A stretch of DNA of 51,837 nucleotides from Hyphomonadaceae bacterium (lineage in GTDB: Bacteria; Pseudomonadota; Alphaproteobacteria; Caulobacterales; Aquidulcibacteraceae): assembly GCA_021731005.1 (NCBI GenBank), contig JAKFYF010000081.1, forward strand, positions 1 to 51,837, written 5' to 3'. Each line of letters begins with the position of its first letter. Positions within the stretch are counted from its first letter, which is position 1. Shown here piece after piece: positions 1-9,894 of this stretch. A program made the position numbers and the translations under genes. The notes under the pieces are model-generated. The model worked only from the letters and a program-made list of their open reading frames with translations, searched no databases and had not been told where the DNA came from.

Positions 1-143
1 AGGCGCTGCCGCTGTGGGCGGGCGCCGCGATCGTCGGCGCCTGGGCGGGATCATCGCTGAGTTTGCGCCGGCTTGACGGGCAGGCGATGCTGCGCGCCCT
101 GGGGTTGGTGCTGGCCCTCGCCAGCGCGGCGATCGCGCTCTGA
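1..143 (+). CDS. Partial (5'-truncated) TauE/SafE-like membrane permease, C-terminus
   Basis: Hydrophobic open frame from position 3 (ALPLWAGAAIVGAWAGSSLSLRRLDGQAMLRALGLVLALASAAIAL*); TGA overlaps the moaE ATG (TGATG). Confidence 0.55.
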   Translation, partial: ALPLWAGAAIVGAWAGSSLSLRRLDGQAMLRALGLVLALASAAIAL

Positions 144-607
144 TGCGCGCCGCACTCGTCACCCGCGCATTCGATGCGTGCGCCGAGCTCGCCGCATTCG
201 CACGCGGGCGCGCCAATGACGGCGCGCTTGCGAGCTTCGTCGGCTATTGCCGCGGGCAGCATGGCGAGGAGGCTGTATCGGCCCTGGAGCTCACGCACTA
301 TCCGGGGTTCAGCGATGAGGCAATCCTCCGCATCGGCGAACGTTGCGCGGCGCGCCACGCGATCAACGCCGGGCTCATTCTGCATCGGACCGGCGTGGTT
401 TTTCCCGGTGACGCAATCGTCCTGGTGGCGGCGTTGAGCCCGCATCGTGCTGACGCGCTTGCAGCGGTCGAGGAGATGATCGATGCGCTGAAAACCGACG
501 CGCCGCTTTGGAAGCGAGAAATCACCACTGCCGGAATGCGCTGGATCGAGCCGACGACTTCGGATTGGAGCCGTCGCGCGCGGCAGGAAGAAGGATCGCC
601 TCGTTGA
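143..607 (+). CDS. moaE: Molybdopterin synthase catalytic subunit
   Basis: GALASFVG, LELTHYPG, HRTG, LKTDAPLWKRE motifs; Moco operon context. Confidence 0.93.
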   Translation: MRAALVTRAFDACAELAAFARGRANDGALASFVGYCRGQHGEEAVSALELTHYPGFSDEAILRIGERCAARHAINAGLILHRTGVVFPGDAIVLVAALSPHRADALAAVEEMIDALKTDAPLWKREITTAGMRWIEPTTSDWSRRARQEEGSPR

Positions 608-1152
608 TGAAAATACCTGCCAGCGTTCAACTCGACGAGCATCGGGCTTTCGTCCCGGTGCGCATCTCCGTGCTCACCGTATCCGATACCCGCGACGCCG
701 AGAGCGACACTTCGGGTGCGCTTCTGGCTCAAATGATCGTTCGCGATGGCCACATCGCCGCCGAACGCGCCTGGGTTCGTGACGATGTGGATGAGATCAG
801 AGCACAGACGCGCGCTTGGATCGCATCACCGGACATCGATGTGGTGATCGCCACCGGCGGGACTGGTCTGACCGGGCGCGACGTGACCCCCGAAGCCATG
901 CGCGCGCTGTTCGAGAGAGAGATGGATGGCTTCGCTCATGTCTGGCACGCCACGAGTTTCGAGAGCGTCGGCCTGTCCACGTTGCAGTCGCGCGCCTGCG
1001 CTGGCGTCGCCGGCGGCACCTTCATTTTTGCACTGCCCGGGTCAAACGGCGCCTGTCGCGACGGATGGGAAAAGATCGTTCGCTGGCAGCTCGATAGTCG
1101 CGCGCGACCTTGCAATCTTGTCGAGCTGATGCCTCGGCTCACGGAGCGATGA
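607..1152 (+). CDS. moaB: Molybdenum cofactor biosynthesis protein B
   Basis: VLTVSDTR, DTSG, TGGTGLTGRDVTPEA, QSRA, LPGS, PCN motifs; TGATG coupling to moaE. Confidence 0.95.
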   Translation: MKIPASVQLDEHRAFVPVRISVLTVSDTRDAESDTSGALLAQMIVRDGHIAAERAWVRDDVDEIRAQTRAWIASPDIDVVIATGGTGLTGRDVTPEAMRALFEREMDGFAHVWHATSFESVGLSTLQSRACAGVAGGTFIFALPGSNGACRDGWEKIVRWQLDSRARPCNLVELMPRLTER

Positions 1153-1631
1153 TGAGCGACGTCCTTACCCATTTTGACAGCGAGGGCCACGCGCGCATGG
1201 TCGATGTCGCAGCCAAGGCCGAAAGCGTGCGCGAAGCCACGGCGCGAGGGTTTGTCCAGCTTTCGCCGGCGGCCTTTGCGCGCGTGTCAGAGCAGGGAAG
1301 CCCTAAGGGCGACTTGCACGCGGTTGCCGAACTGGCCGGTGTGATGGCCGCGAAGCGTACGGCCGATCTCATCCCGCTCTGCCATTCCATTTCACTGACG
1401 AGTGTCCGCGTGCAGGTTGTCTCACAACCTTCATCGCATCGCTTCGAAGTGACGGCGGTCGCGCGCGCAAAGGCGGCGACGGGGGTTGAGATGGCGGCGT
1501 TGACCGCGGTGAGCGTCGGCTGCCTTGCGCTCTTTGATATGTTGAAAGCGCTCGACCGAAGCATGGTCATCGAAGGCATCGAAGTCCTGCGCAAGAGTGG
1601 TGGAGTTCGAGGCGATTATGGCAAACCCTGA
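1149..1631 (+). CDS. moaC: Cyclic pyranopterin monophosphate synthase
   Basis: LTHFD..G.ARMVDV, KGD, AAKRT..LIPLCH, TGVEM, DMLKA, KSGG motifs. Confidence 0.95.
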   Translation: MMSDVLTHFDSEGHARMVDVAAKAESVREATARGFVQLSPAAFARVSEQGSPKGDLHAVAELAGVMAAKRTADLIPLCHSISLTSVRVQVVSQPSSHRFEVTAVARAKAATGVEMAALTAVSVGCLALFDMLKALDRSMVIEGIEVLRKSGGVRGDYGKP

Positions 1632-2817
1632 TCCGTTGCGCGACGCAAGTTCCGAGGATGCGCGCCAAGCCATGCTCGCCTTTGCGCCGCGTATTCTCGC
1701 ACGCGAGTGGGTTCCTTTGGGCGGCGCTTGCGGTCGTGTGCTGGCGACGGCGTTGGTTGCGGGCGGCGACCAGCCGCCCTTCGACGCGGCGTCAATGGAT
1801 GGTTTTGCGTTTGCCGCGTGTGGGCGGGAGCAAAGGCTCACTTTGGTTGGGGAGTCGCGGGCCGGGCGGCCGTTCGAGAGGGCTGTTGCGCGCGGAGAGG
1901 CCGTCTACATCTCAACCGGTGCGGTTATACCCCGGGGCGCCGACACCGTGTTGCCGCATGAAGTTGCCGTGATCGAGGGGGAGACCCTGATCGGCGATTC
2001 CCCAACGGGTGCGCACGTTCGGCGCGCCGGTTATGACTTTGCCCGCGGTGCGGTGCTTTTATCCGCCTCGCATCGTCTGAGACCATTCGATCTTGCCTTG
2101 GCGGCGGCGGTCGGGGCTGACCGGCTCTCGGTGCTGGCCAAGCCCCGTGTCGCGCTCATCGCCTGCGGCGACGAATTGGCAAGGCCTGGGGCGCCGCTCG
2201 CGAGCGGACAAATTCACGAGAGCATAAGCGCCTCGCTCGCGGCGCTGGTGTCGCATTGGGGCGGGCGTGTCACCTTGTCAGTCCTTCTGCCGGATGCGCG
2301 CGATGCGCTTGCGCACGCCATTGCGGAGGCCCGCCGCGATGCCGACCTCGCTGTCGTGATCGGGGGCGCTTCCGTCGGCGCTCACGATTACGCCCGCGAC
2401 GCTCTCGGGCGTGACGCGCGCCTGATCGTGGAGAAGATCGCAATGCGCCCGGGGCGTCCCACCTGGTTTGGCGTTGGCGCATCTGCGCCCGTGCTCGGTT
2501 TGCCGGGCAATCCCGTCAGTGCGCTGGTTGCGGGCATGCTGTTTCTCCGCCCACTCCTTGGCGCCATGCTGGGATTGCCGCCCTCACTGCACTATCGCTC
2601 AGCGAAGCTCTCAGAGCCTCTCGCCGCCAACGGCGATCGCGAGCATTTCATGCGTGCACGATATGTCGGAGAGGTGGTCGCTGCATTGAGTGACCAGGAT
2701 TCTTCTCTGCTCACCGCCCTGCGCGATTCGGACTGTCTCATTCGCCGCGCCGCCCGCGCTGTCGCGGCTCAGTCTGGCGCAGAGGTAGAAATCCTGCTCC
2801 TGGAAGCGTCTTGTTGA
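1618..2817 (+). CDS. moeA: Molybdopterin molybdotransferase
   Basis: PPFDAASMDGFA, ISTGAVIP.GADTV, GDEL, GGASVG, MRPGRP, LPGNPVS motifs. Confidence 0.93.
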   Translation: MANPDPLRDASSEDARQAMLAFAPRILAREWVPLGGACGRVLATALVAGGDQPPFDAASMDGFAFAACGREQRLTLVGESRAGRPFERAVARGEAVYISTGAVIPRGADTVLPHEVAVIEGETLIGDSPTGAHVRRAGYDFARGAVLLSASHRLRPFDLALAAAVGADRLSVLAKPRVALIACGDELARPGAPLASGQIHESISASLAALVSHWGGRVTLSVLLPDARDALAHAIAEARRDADLAVVIGGASVGAHDYARDALGRDARLIVEKIAMRPGRPTWFGVGASAPVLGLPGNPVSALVAGMLFLRPLLGAMLGLPPSLHYRSAKLSEPLAANGDREHFMRARYVGEVVAALSDQDSSLLTALRDSDCLIRRAARAVAAQSGAEVEILLLEASC

Positions 2818-2876
2818 GATAGACAGCTATCAGCCGCCGACGTTTTCGCGCGCGCCTGCAGGTGTGAGATCGGACA

Positions 2877-4319
2877 ATGGCGATTCCGGACGTCGAGCAC
2901 ATCCTGGAGCGGGGCTCTATCCCACAGCTGCGCGCGGCGCTCGTCGCACGACGCGTGTCGACCGAAGAGACCGTCGCTTGGCACCTTTCCCGGATCGCTG
3001 CGGTCGACCGGTCCGGCTCGGCGATCAACGCTGTCCGTGAAGTGTCGGCGCGCGCCATCGAGGACGCCAGGCGGGCGGACCAGGATATGGCTTCGGGCCT
3101 TGACCGTGGGCCGCTTCACGGCATCCCGGTGCTGCTCAAGGACAATATCCTCACCGCGGATGGCATGGCGGCTACCGCAGGATCAGCAGCGCTGTCAGAC
3201 TTCAGGCCATCGCGGGACGCTGACCTCGTGCGCCGACTTCGGCAGGCAGGCGCCATCATCCTCGGCAAGACCAACATGACCGAATTCGCCGACTACGTCT
3301 CCGACGTGATGCCCGCGGGCTTCAGCGGCGCAGGCGGGATGGTGCGCAATCCCCATGGCGGCGAGTACGGCAGGGGTCAGGGATCCAGTGTTGGTTCTGC
3401 TGCATCGGTTGCTGCTTCTTTGGCAATGGTCGCCATTGGCACCGAAACCCAGAACTCCATCCAGACCCCGGCCGCCTTCTCGTCGGTGGTCGGCTACAAA
3501 CCGAGCGTGGGCGTGCTCAGTTGCGCCGGCATTTTCCCATTGGTTCCCAGTCAGGACACGCCTGGACCAATAACGCGAAGCGTCTCTGATGCTGCGCTCG
3601 TCGCCGCCATTTTGAGCGGCGCAGACCCTGTTGCAACCGGGACTCGCTCCGCGTCCAGCCTGGCCGGTGTTCGCATTGGCGTCCCCAGACGTCAGATGGC
3701 TGATCGCTCCGAGTTCGATCACGTGATGGCGCTGTTCGAGCGCTGTCTGTCGAGACTGTCTGCGGCGGGTGCGGTCATCGTCGACCCCTGCGACCTACCC
3801 AGCGCCGAACAAGTGCAGGCGCTACGCTCGTGTGTGTTCCGCGCGGCGTTCAAGGCCGCGCTCAACGCCTTCCTGACGGAACAGGGCGCGCCTTGCGGCA
3901 TTGGCTCGCTGCAGGCGCTGATCGCGTGGAATGAGCTCCATTTGGACGCGATCCCTTACGGGCAATCGTTGCTTCTAGGCGCCGAAGCGACGTGTGGCTA
4001 CGAAGAGCCCAATTACCGGCCGGATCGCGAACGCGATCTTGCATTGTCCAGCACAGAGGGGATCGACGCCGCGCTGGCGGCGCACGACGTCCAGGTGCTC
4101 ATTGCGCCGATGGGCGCTGCCGCCAAGTGTACGGGGAAGGCGGGAGCGCCGGTCGTGGCTATTCCATCGGGAGTGGATTCGACAGGGGCGCCATTCGGCG
4201 TCAGCGTCTTTGCCTCCGCTGGCGCAGACGCGACGCTCGTGTCCGTCGCAGCCGGCATAGAGCGCATCATTGGCGAGCGAAGGGCGCCCTCGCTCGCACA
4301 AGACGCTTCAGCCCATTAG
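2877..4319 (+). CDS. Amidase signature family protein
   Basis: GPLHGIPVLLKDN, GKTNMTEF, GSSVGS, GTETQNSI (Lys-cisSer-Ser triad region). Confidence 0.9.
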   Translation: MAIPDVEHILERGSIPQLRAALVARRVSTEETVAWHLSRIAAVDRSGSAINAVREVSARAIEDARRADQDMASGLDRGPLHGIPVLLKDNILTADGMAATAGSAALSDFRPSRDADLVRRLRQAGAIILGKTNMTEFADYVSDVMPAGFSGAGGMVRNPHGGEYGRGQGSSVGSAASVAASLAMVAIGTETQNSIQTPAAFSSVVGYKPSVGVLSCAGIFPLVPSQDTPGPITRSVSDAALVAAILSGADPVATGTRSASSLAGVRIGVPRRQMADRSEFDHVMALFERCLSRLSAAGAVIVDPCDLPSAEQVQALRSCVFRAAFKAALNAFLTEQGAPCGIGSLQALIAWNELHLDAIPYGQSLLLGAEATCGYEEPNYRPDRERDLALSSTEGIDAALAAHDVQVLIAPMGAAAKCTGKAGAPVVAIPSGVDSTGAPFGVSVFASAGADATLVSVAAGIERIIGERRAPSLAQDASAH

Positions 4320-5210
4320 GTTGCTCGCGCGCAAACGCTCCGCCATCAAGTCGATGAATGTCCTGACCTTGGCGGAAGGGTAGCGATCTTCACAGTGCAG
4401 GATGTGCACCGGCACCGGTTTGATTTCGTAGTCTTCGAGGATGACTTTCAAGGTTCCAGAAGCGAGCTGAGAACCGACCTGATAGGAAATCAGGCTGGTG
4501 ATGCCCAGACCATTTTCCGCCGCCTCGATCGTCGACGCCGTGTCGGTGACCATCAGCCGTGGTTTCACCTTTATCGTATGATTGCGCTTGTTCCCCATAA
4601 ACTTGAACTCTGCGGCGGCATTAAGCCCCCTGGCGAGTATGACCTTGTGCATCGCCAGGTCGTCCGGGGTTTCGGGGACGCCGTGCTCGGCCAGGTAGGC
4701 GGGCGACGCGCATAGGACGCGGCGTACCGAACCCACCTTCAGGGCCTTGTAGCTTGAATCGGGCAATTCGCCGATGCGTATGGCGACATCGATGCCTTCC
4801 TCGAGAAGATTGACTAACCGGTCGACGAACACCACCGAGACTTCCACCGCGGGATAGCGTTGCATGTAATCGATGATGCCGGACATGACGTGCATGCGAC
4901 CGAACAGGACCCCGGCGGTCACCGAGATGGCGCCCCTGGGCTCGGTATTGGCGTCTTGAGCCGCCTGGTCGGCGGCGTCTGCGTAGGCGATGACCCGGCG
5001 CGCATCGTCCAGATACCGCTGCCCGGCCTCGCTCACGCGTACGAAACGTGTCGTGCGGCTGAACAATTTGACGCCGAGGTGGTCTTCGAGGGCCGCAATC
5101 GCCCGGGTGACCGCCGGCGGGGACATGCCAAGCCGCCTGGCGGCGCCCGCAAACCCTTCTTCCTCTGCGACGGTCACAAAAACCGTCATCAGGTGTAGCC
5201 GGTCCATCAT
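4308..5210 (-). CDS. LysR family transcriptional regulator
   Basis: N-terminal HTH (GFAGAARRLGMSPPAVTRAIAALEDHLGVKLFSRTTR) plus substrate-binding domain (VNLLEEGIDVAIRIG). Confidence 0.95.
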   Translation of the reverse strand: MMDRLHLMTVFVTVAEEEGFAGAARRLGMSPPAVTRAIAALEDHLGVKLFSRTTRFVRVSEAGQRYLDDARRVIAYADAADQAAQDANTEPRGAISVTAGVLFGRMHVMSGIIDYMQRYPAVEVSVVFVDRLVNLLEEGIDVAIRIGELPDSSYKALKVGSVRRVLCASPAYLAEHGVPETPDDLAMHKVILARGLNAAAEFKFMGNKRNHTIKVKPRLMVTDTASTIEAAENGLGITSLISYQVGSQLASGTLKVILEDYEIKPVPVHILHCEDRYPSAKVRTFIDLMAERLRASNLMG

Positions 5211-5365
5211 GACCCCCAAGCGTCGTCCATCTGCAGGATTTCACTGTGGGCCATTATTACGTTTTGTGGAACAATCTATAGCGAAAGTTCAAACGACAAG
5301 CCGAAAAGGCGGACGCCAGCGGGGAGGCCGTGAGGACAAGCCTCCGCCCCGGGCACCGTGTCGGC

Positions 5366-6232
5366 TCAATGGCTGAGCACGGTGAAGTACATCAGGCATC
5401 CGACAAGGACGAACAGGGCCGACAGTCCGAGCTTCATGACATCGGGCGGCAGGAACTGCTGCAACCTGGGCCCGATCTGACCGCCAATCAGCGCGCCGGG
5501 TATGGTGAAGGTTACTATGCTCAGCACCTGGGTGATGGTGGCGGGTGGCGAGCGCACGGCGAAGTCGTACATGTGCCCGATAGAGGCCGCCAGAACCGTG
5601 ACCACGACCGCGAAAACGGTCGTGGCGACCGCCACCGGGGTTGGAACCTTGCACCTCGACACCAGGTGGAAATCCATGAGTTCGCCCAGCCCCACCGAGA
5701 TCATTCCGACGAACATCCCGCCGACCGTCGCAAACAATTTTCCCTGTGCCGTGTTGCAGACAGTGTACCTGAAAACCCGGCCGCTCGCGTCCGTCAATTC
5801 TGACTCGAAGTCTTGGGCTGGCTCCAGCGGGGTCGGTGGCGCGGTGGCTTCTCTTTTGTCCTGCCGCCATGCAGCAAAGATCCGGTAACCTACGTAGATC
5901 ACGCCCGTCGCGAAAACCGCCTTCAGGATATCTGGCGGGATGTAGTGGCTGAGCAAGGTGCCGACGATTGCGGCGGGCACAGCGAATATGATCAGCGCCT
6001 TTCCCAGTGAATAGTCGATCAGGCCGCTCCTGATATAAGCCAGCAAGCCGGACGAAAACCCGAAGAGCTCCGTCATCAATGCAGCGCCGATCGCGACTTT
6101 TGGCTGCAGGCCGAGCACCAGAATGAACAACGGCGAGAAGAACACCGCGCCGCCAACTCCCGACGCCATCGCCATGGTCGATATGGCCATCGCGGCGGGA
6201 AGCAACGGCCACAGATCCCAATTGATTTCCAT
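5366..6232 (-). CDS. Sulfite exporter TauE/SafE family membrane protein
   Basis: GVGGAVFFSP motif, several TM segments, second repeat GMISVGLG; start chosen at MEINWDLW. Confidence 0.85.
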   Translation of the reverse strand: MEINWDLWPLLPAAMAISTMAMASGVGGAVFFSPLFILVLGLQPKVAIGAALMTELFGFSSGLLAYIRSGLIDYSLGKALIIFAVPAAIVGTLLSHYIPPDILKAVFATGVIYVGYRIFAAWRQDKREATAPPTPLEPAQDFESELTDASGRVFRYTVCNTAQGKLFATVGGMFVGMISVGLGELMDFHLVSRCKVPTPVAVATTVFAVVVTVLAASIGHMYDFAVRSPPATITQVLSIVTFTIPGALIGGQIGPRLQQFLPPDVMKLGLSALFVLVGCLMYFTVLSH

Positions 6233-6264
6233 GAGCCGCTCTCCGAAGTGGCCGATGTGACCGG

Positions 6265-7119
6265 TTATCCGCCCACCCGATTGTTCCGGGTGGCGAGGAC
6301 GATGCAGTGGGTGAGCGACGGCGCGCTGAGCTGACCGTGCAACACGTGGCGCACGAGCCAGGCGCACTGTGCGAGATAGTCTGGGCGCCAATCGGCCCGG
6401 CGGCACCGGTAGAGAATGTCGTCCTCCCAGAGAATGTCTCCGTCGGGGACCTCGCGCGCCGTCACCGCATCGAGCTTATCGCTTGCAGACAAGTGCCGTC
6501 TCCACCAATCGGTGGAATGGTACTTGTTGTATTCCGCATGCCATCCGCCGGTATCGGCGAACAGGTCAGGCAACCGGTCTGGCTCCTCCCGGAAACACCC
6601 CTGGGCGATGCCGATCTTTCCGCCTGGCTTGAGCAACGAGGCAAGGTAGGTCACCACCCATGGCTGCGCGCCAAAGCAATGAAACGCCTGCATGCAGAAA
6701 ATCGCATCAAAGCTTCCGGTTGCGATCGGCAGCCCACGACGTACATCGCCCTGCAAGGCCGTCACGCGCGGCCCAACGCCCGCTTCGGCGGCCCTGTGGC
6801 TGCGTTCCTCGGCGCTGATCCACAGATCCAGCGATGTCACCTGCGCCTGATAGCGCGTTGCGAGGAAGACTGAAGACTGCCCACGGCCGCACCCGAGGTC
6901 GAGGACCTTGGCCCCGACCTCAAGCGAAAGTTCTTCGGCCAGCATATGCGCCAACAACAAGCCGCCGGGCGCCATCCCGGCGCCTCCATCATAGATGACG
7001 TCGCGAGGCGCCTGGTCGAGCATCGGGTGGCGCCGCGCGTCCAGCAACCGACACCGGGACTCGATGAGCTCCCGGGTCGGCGCCGGACTGGGTGACGCTG
7101 TTGTGCCCGCTCCAGCCAC
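6265..7119 (-). CDS. Class I SAM-dependent methyltransferase
   Basis: VLDLGCGRG motif I, SFDAIF, LLKPGG; start uncertain (GTG 7119 abuts the upstream gene stop). Confidence 0.85.
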   Translation of the reverse strand: MAGAGTTASPSPAPTRELIESRCRLLDARRHPMLDQAPRDVIYDGGAGMAPGGLLLAHMLAEELSLEVGAKVLDLGCGRGQSSVFLATRYQAQVTSLDLWISAEERSHRAAEAGVGPRVTALQGDVRRGLPIATGSFDAIFCMQAFHCFGAQPWVVTYLASLLKPGGKIGIAQGCFREEPDRLPDLFADTGGWHAEYNKYHSTDWWRRHLSASDKLDAVTAREVPDGDILWEDDILYRCRRADWRPDYLAQCAWLVRHVLHGQLSAPSLTHCIVLATRNNRVGG

Positions 7120-8078
7120 TACAGGGGAACGTTATGGGCTTCGCCGGGGCGAAGCAGGTGCAGCGATGCGGTCAGGCCTGCAGCCTCGAATTCCCGCGCG
7201 ATGTACCAAGCGCCCTGCGTGAAGTGCCGCCAGCCTTCGAAGTGGGCGGGGTAGACATTCTTCAGGCCCAGCGTCCGGGTGGCGCGAACGCCGTCGGCGG
7301 AATTCATCGTCAGATAGTTGTCGCCAACGGCCGGCACGTTGGCGGCGCCCAGGTGCAAGATCGCGGCGCTGACCTTGAAGCGGCGGGCGATTTCATTGAT
7401 CTCGTCGATCCACACAGTGTCGCCGGAGATGTAGAATGCGCCTGTTTCCTGCCCCTCCCATTCGAGCATGAAGCCGGTGACTTCACCGACGATTTCACGC
7501 AGGTCCGGATTGCTGGTGTGTACTGCAGGCATCGCGGTGATCTTCAGCCGCTCGCCGGCTGCATTCGTGATCTCGGTGCTCTCCCAGGTGGGGAGACCTC
7601 TGACGTCATTGCCCGGCAGGTTCATCGCGGCGCTCGCGGGCGTGGTGAGCGTGACGGCGACATTCCCCAGAAGCCTGCGGCCTTCGTTGTCGAGATTGTC
7701 CAGATGCTGCGCATGGCTCAGCAGCGCCAGGTCGATCGGACCGATCTCGTCGACTGGAATCGGCGGCTCCATGACCTTGGTCAGGAGGTGGCCGGGGCCC
7801 TCGTTGCGCTCGGTTCCTTGAGGGTCGAAGCCAGGGTCGCTGATGATCCTGAAGCGCCCGATTTCGATCAGATAGGTGGGCCCGCCCAAATAGGTCAGCC
7901 GGGGCATCATCGTCAGGCTGTTGGGTTTGACCGCCATCGCATCGAGAGCGGCGAGACTGCCGCCGCTGGCTGAAGAGCCTCCGGTCTGCGCGCACGATGC
8001 AGTCGCGCTGACGGCGACGACTGCGACGCCTGCGCCCAACATGGCGTCGCGGCGGCTAGGTGAGTGTTCTTTGTGCAT
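7119..8078 (-). CDS. MBL-fold metallo-hydrolase with probable Tat (lipoprotein) signal
   Basis: SRRDAMLG..ASC signal; LSHAQHLDNLD, PAVH, YISGDT, PAHFEGWRHF motifs. Confidence 0.85.
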   Translation of the reverse strand: MHKEHSPSRRDAMLGAGVAVVAVSATASCAQTGGSSASGGSLAALDAMAVKPNSLTMMPRLTYLGGPTYLIEIGRFRIISDPGFDPQGTERNEGPGHLLTKVMEPPIPVDEIGPIDLALLSHAQHLDNLDNEGRRLLGNVAVTLTTPASAAMNLPGNDVRGLPTWESTEITNAAGERLKITAMPAVHTSNPDLREIVGEVTGFMLEWEGQETGAFYISGDTVWIDEINEIARRFKVSAAILHLGAANVPAVGDNYLTMNSADGVRATRTLGLKNVYPAHFEGWRHFTQGAWYIAREFEAAGLTASLHLLRPGEAHNVPL

Positions 8079-8423
8079 CTGGTTTCCCCTGTGAAGCGGT
8101 GGATCGGTCTGGCCGCGGCGAAACCGCCGCTTCCAGCGCAAAAGCAGCTTCGTTTAACAACGCGCGACGCGGAACATCCTGATCGCGCAATAGGCTCTTC
8201 CGCCCGAAGCAACAGTCGACGGCGTGCCGCCTTCAGGGCCGTGGCGGCGCAAGCGAACGGCACGCAGCGGCTCCTGCGCGTCGGCTGAACCACGTTGCCA
8301 GTGTGGAGCGGCGCTCGTTGCGATGGGGCTTGTGGATGCGACGCGAGGGCGCCGCGGCCGCGCGCATCAGCGCATCAGCGCGTCAGTGCAAGATCGCGTT
8401 GCGCGTGATCGCTTGATCACATC

Positions 8424-8906
8424 TCAGCGCGTCAATCGGACCGGAGGCACGTGCGCGCAGGCGCCGTCATGTACATGGCCGTGACTCAAGCGCAGGTTCA
8501 CGAGGTGCGCTATCGCGATGAGCGTGCCGCCAAGGGTCATAGTCGCTGCGTGAAGTACAACATCTTCGTGGAGCCCCGGCGCGAGCATGCCGGCCCAGAC
8601 TGCAACCAGGCCGGGCCCCAGAAAGGCAAACGCTCGAAAGGCGCGATGTCGGCGAAAGCTGCGCCAGAGACTGAAAAGGCCGAGCGCCGACGCGAAAGCC
8701 ACGTACCCGAACTCTGCCGAGGGCTCCCCGAGCACAACGACGCCGGCCACCGGCAACAGAGCCAGTAGCAAAGGCATGATGGCGCAATGCACCGCGCATA
8801 GCGCCGCGCCTATCGCGCCGACGGAATCGGCGACAACGGCCAGATGTGTTTGCCGCGGAGACGAAAGCGAAGGCATAAACTTCTGCATCCGCCGCTCTGC
8901 GCTCAT
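8424..8906 (-). CDS. MerC domain-containing membrane protein
   Basis: LCAVHCAIMPLL motif, 4 TM segments, AHLVNLR, His-rich tail HGHVHDGACAH. Confidence 0.8.
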   Translation of the reverse strand: MSAERRMQKFMPSLSSPRQTHLAVVADSVGAIGAALCAVHCAIMPLLLALLPVAGVVVLGEPSAEFGYVAFASALGLFSLWRSFRRHRAFRAFAFLGPGLVAVWAGMLAPGLHEDVVLHAATMTLGGTLIAIAHLVNLRLSHGHVHDGACAHVPPVRLTR

Positions 8907-9652
8907 GACATAGACGCCAGCAAGTGCACGGTTTCAGCGGTGCTCCACACGTCGCTCGCCAGCATGCGATAATTGACGAAGGCCGCCTCATAGCCGTCGA
9001 AGCCGGGAAACTGCGCCGCCGCAGTGGCGTCGGCCACGATCACAACGTGGAATCCCTGTTCCAGTAGTTCCCGCATGTGAGACTCGACACAAAGATTGGC
9101 CGACATGCCGGCCAGGATCACTTGGCTGATCCCGGCTTTGCGCAACTGCAGGACCAGATCGTTGGTCTCGGGTCCGTAGATCTTGTGGGGACTGGTGACG
9201 ATGGTTTTGCCGTCATTGATGTACGGCTTGTAGCGTTCCAGCCAGTCCGCTCCAGAGCCGGGGAAATCTTCGACTGTCAAGGCGCCTTTCCGGTCGAACA
9301 TGGTGAGCTGGTGCATCAGCGTTTCGAGCGCACCCTCGAATTTCCACCGGTGGTCATGCGCGTAATAGTAGTGTGGGCTCACGAAAACCGGAACTGCGAA
9401 GTCGCTCGCTGCTTTGAACAGACTCTCGAGGTTTTCCACTGTGTTATTGCGGGTGACGCTGGCGCCGACCGCGCCCCAGGCCACGCCCTCGACACTGAGG
9501 AAATCGTTCTGCGGATCCGTCACCACGACGGCGACGCTGCCTTTTCTCAAAGCCATCCCCGGACGCGGGATCGGCGCGTCCGGACGTGGGCCGTCTATAT
9601 AGTGAATGGTCGCAGCTGCGTCCGCTTTGGTTTCGTCCGGCTTCGGGGGCAT
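8903..9652 (-). CDS. Cysteine hydrolase (isochorismatase family)
   Basis: VVTDPQNDF, SPHK, AGMSANLCVESH (Asp-Lys-Cys triad). Confidence 0.9.
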   Translation of the reverse strand: MPPKPDETKADAAATIHYIDGPRPDAPIPRPGMALRKGSVAVVVTDPQNDFLSVEGVAWGAVGASVTRNNTVENLESLFKAASDFAVPVFVSPHYYYAHDHRWKFEGALETLMHQLTMFDRKGALTVEDFPGSGADWLERYKPYINDGKTIVTSPHKIYGPETNDLVLQLRKAGISQVILAGMSANLCVESHMRELLEQGFHVVIVADATAAAQFPGFDGYEAAFVNYRMLASDVWSTAETVHLLASMS

Positions 9653-9735
9653 CGCGTCTCACCTGTGTTTGCGGGCTCGACACAGACTGGATTGGACGAT
9701 CGGAGACGACAACGCATCGCGCGCGAAATGCTGTC

Positions 9736-9750
9736 TTGCAAAGAGCGCAA
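9736..9750. promoter_or_regulatory. Putative LysR-type binding box
   Basis: TTGC-N7-GCAA inverted repeat (contains T-N11-A) in the divergent region between the cysteine hydrolase and GST. Confidence 0.4.
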
Positions 9751-9894
9751 TATCACGGCGGGACAAAGCGACTGTATACCTGACTGGACAGGGTGGGCCG
9801 AAGCGCCGCGCGGTTCGCTCGTGCAGCAACAACTGCCGCGTCAGAAGATAAGCGGCCCGTCCTTCAACGGACGATCTCAGCAAGGAGCAGACAC

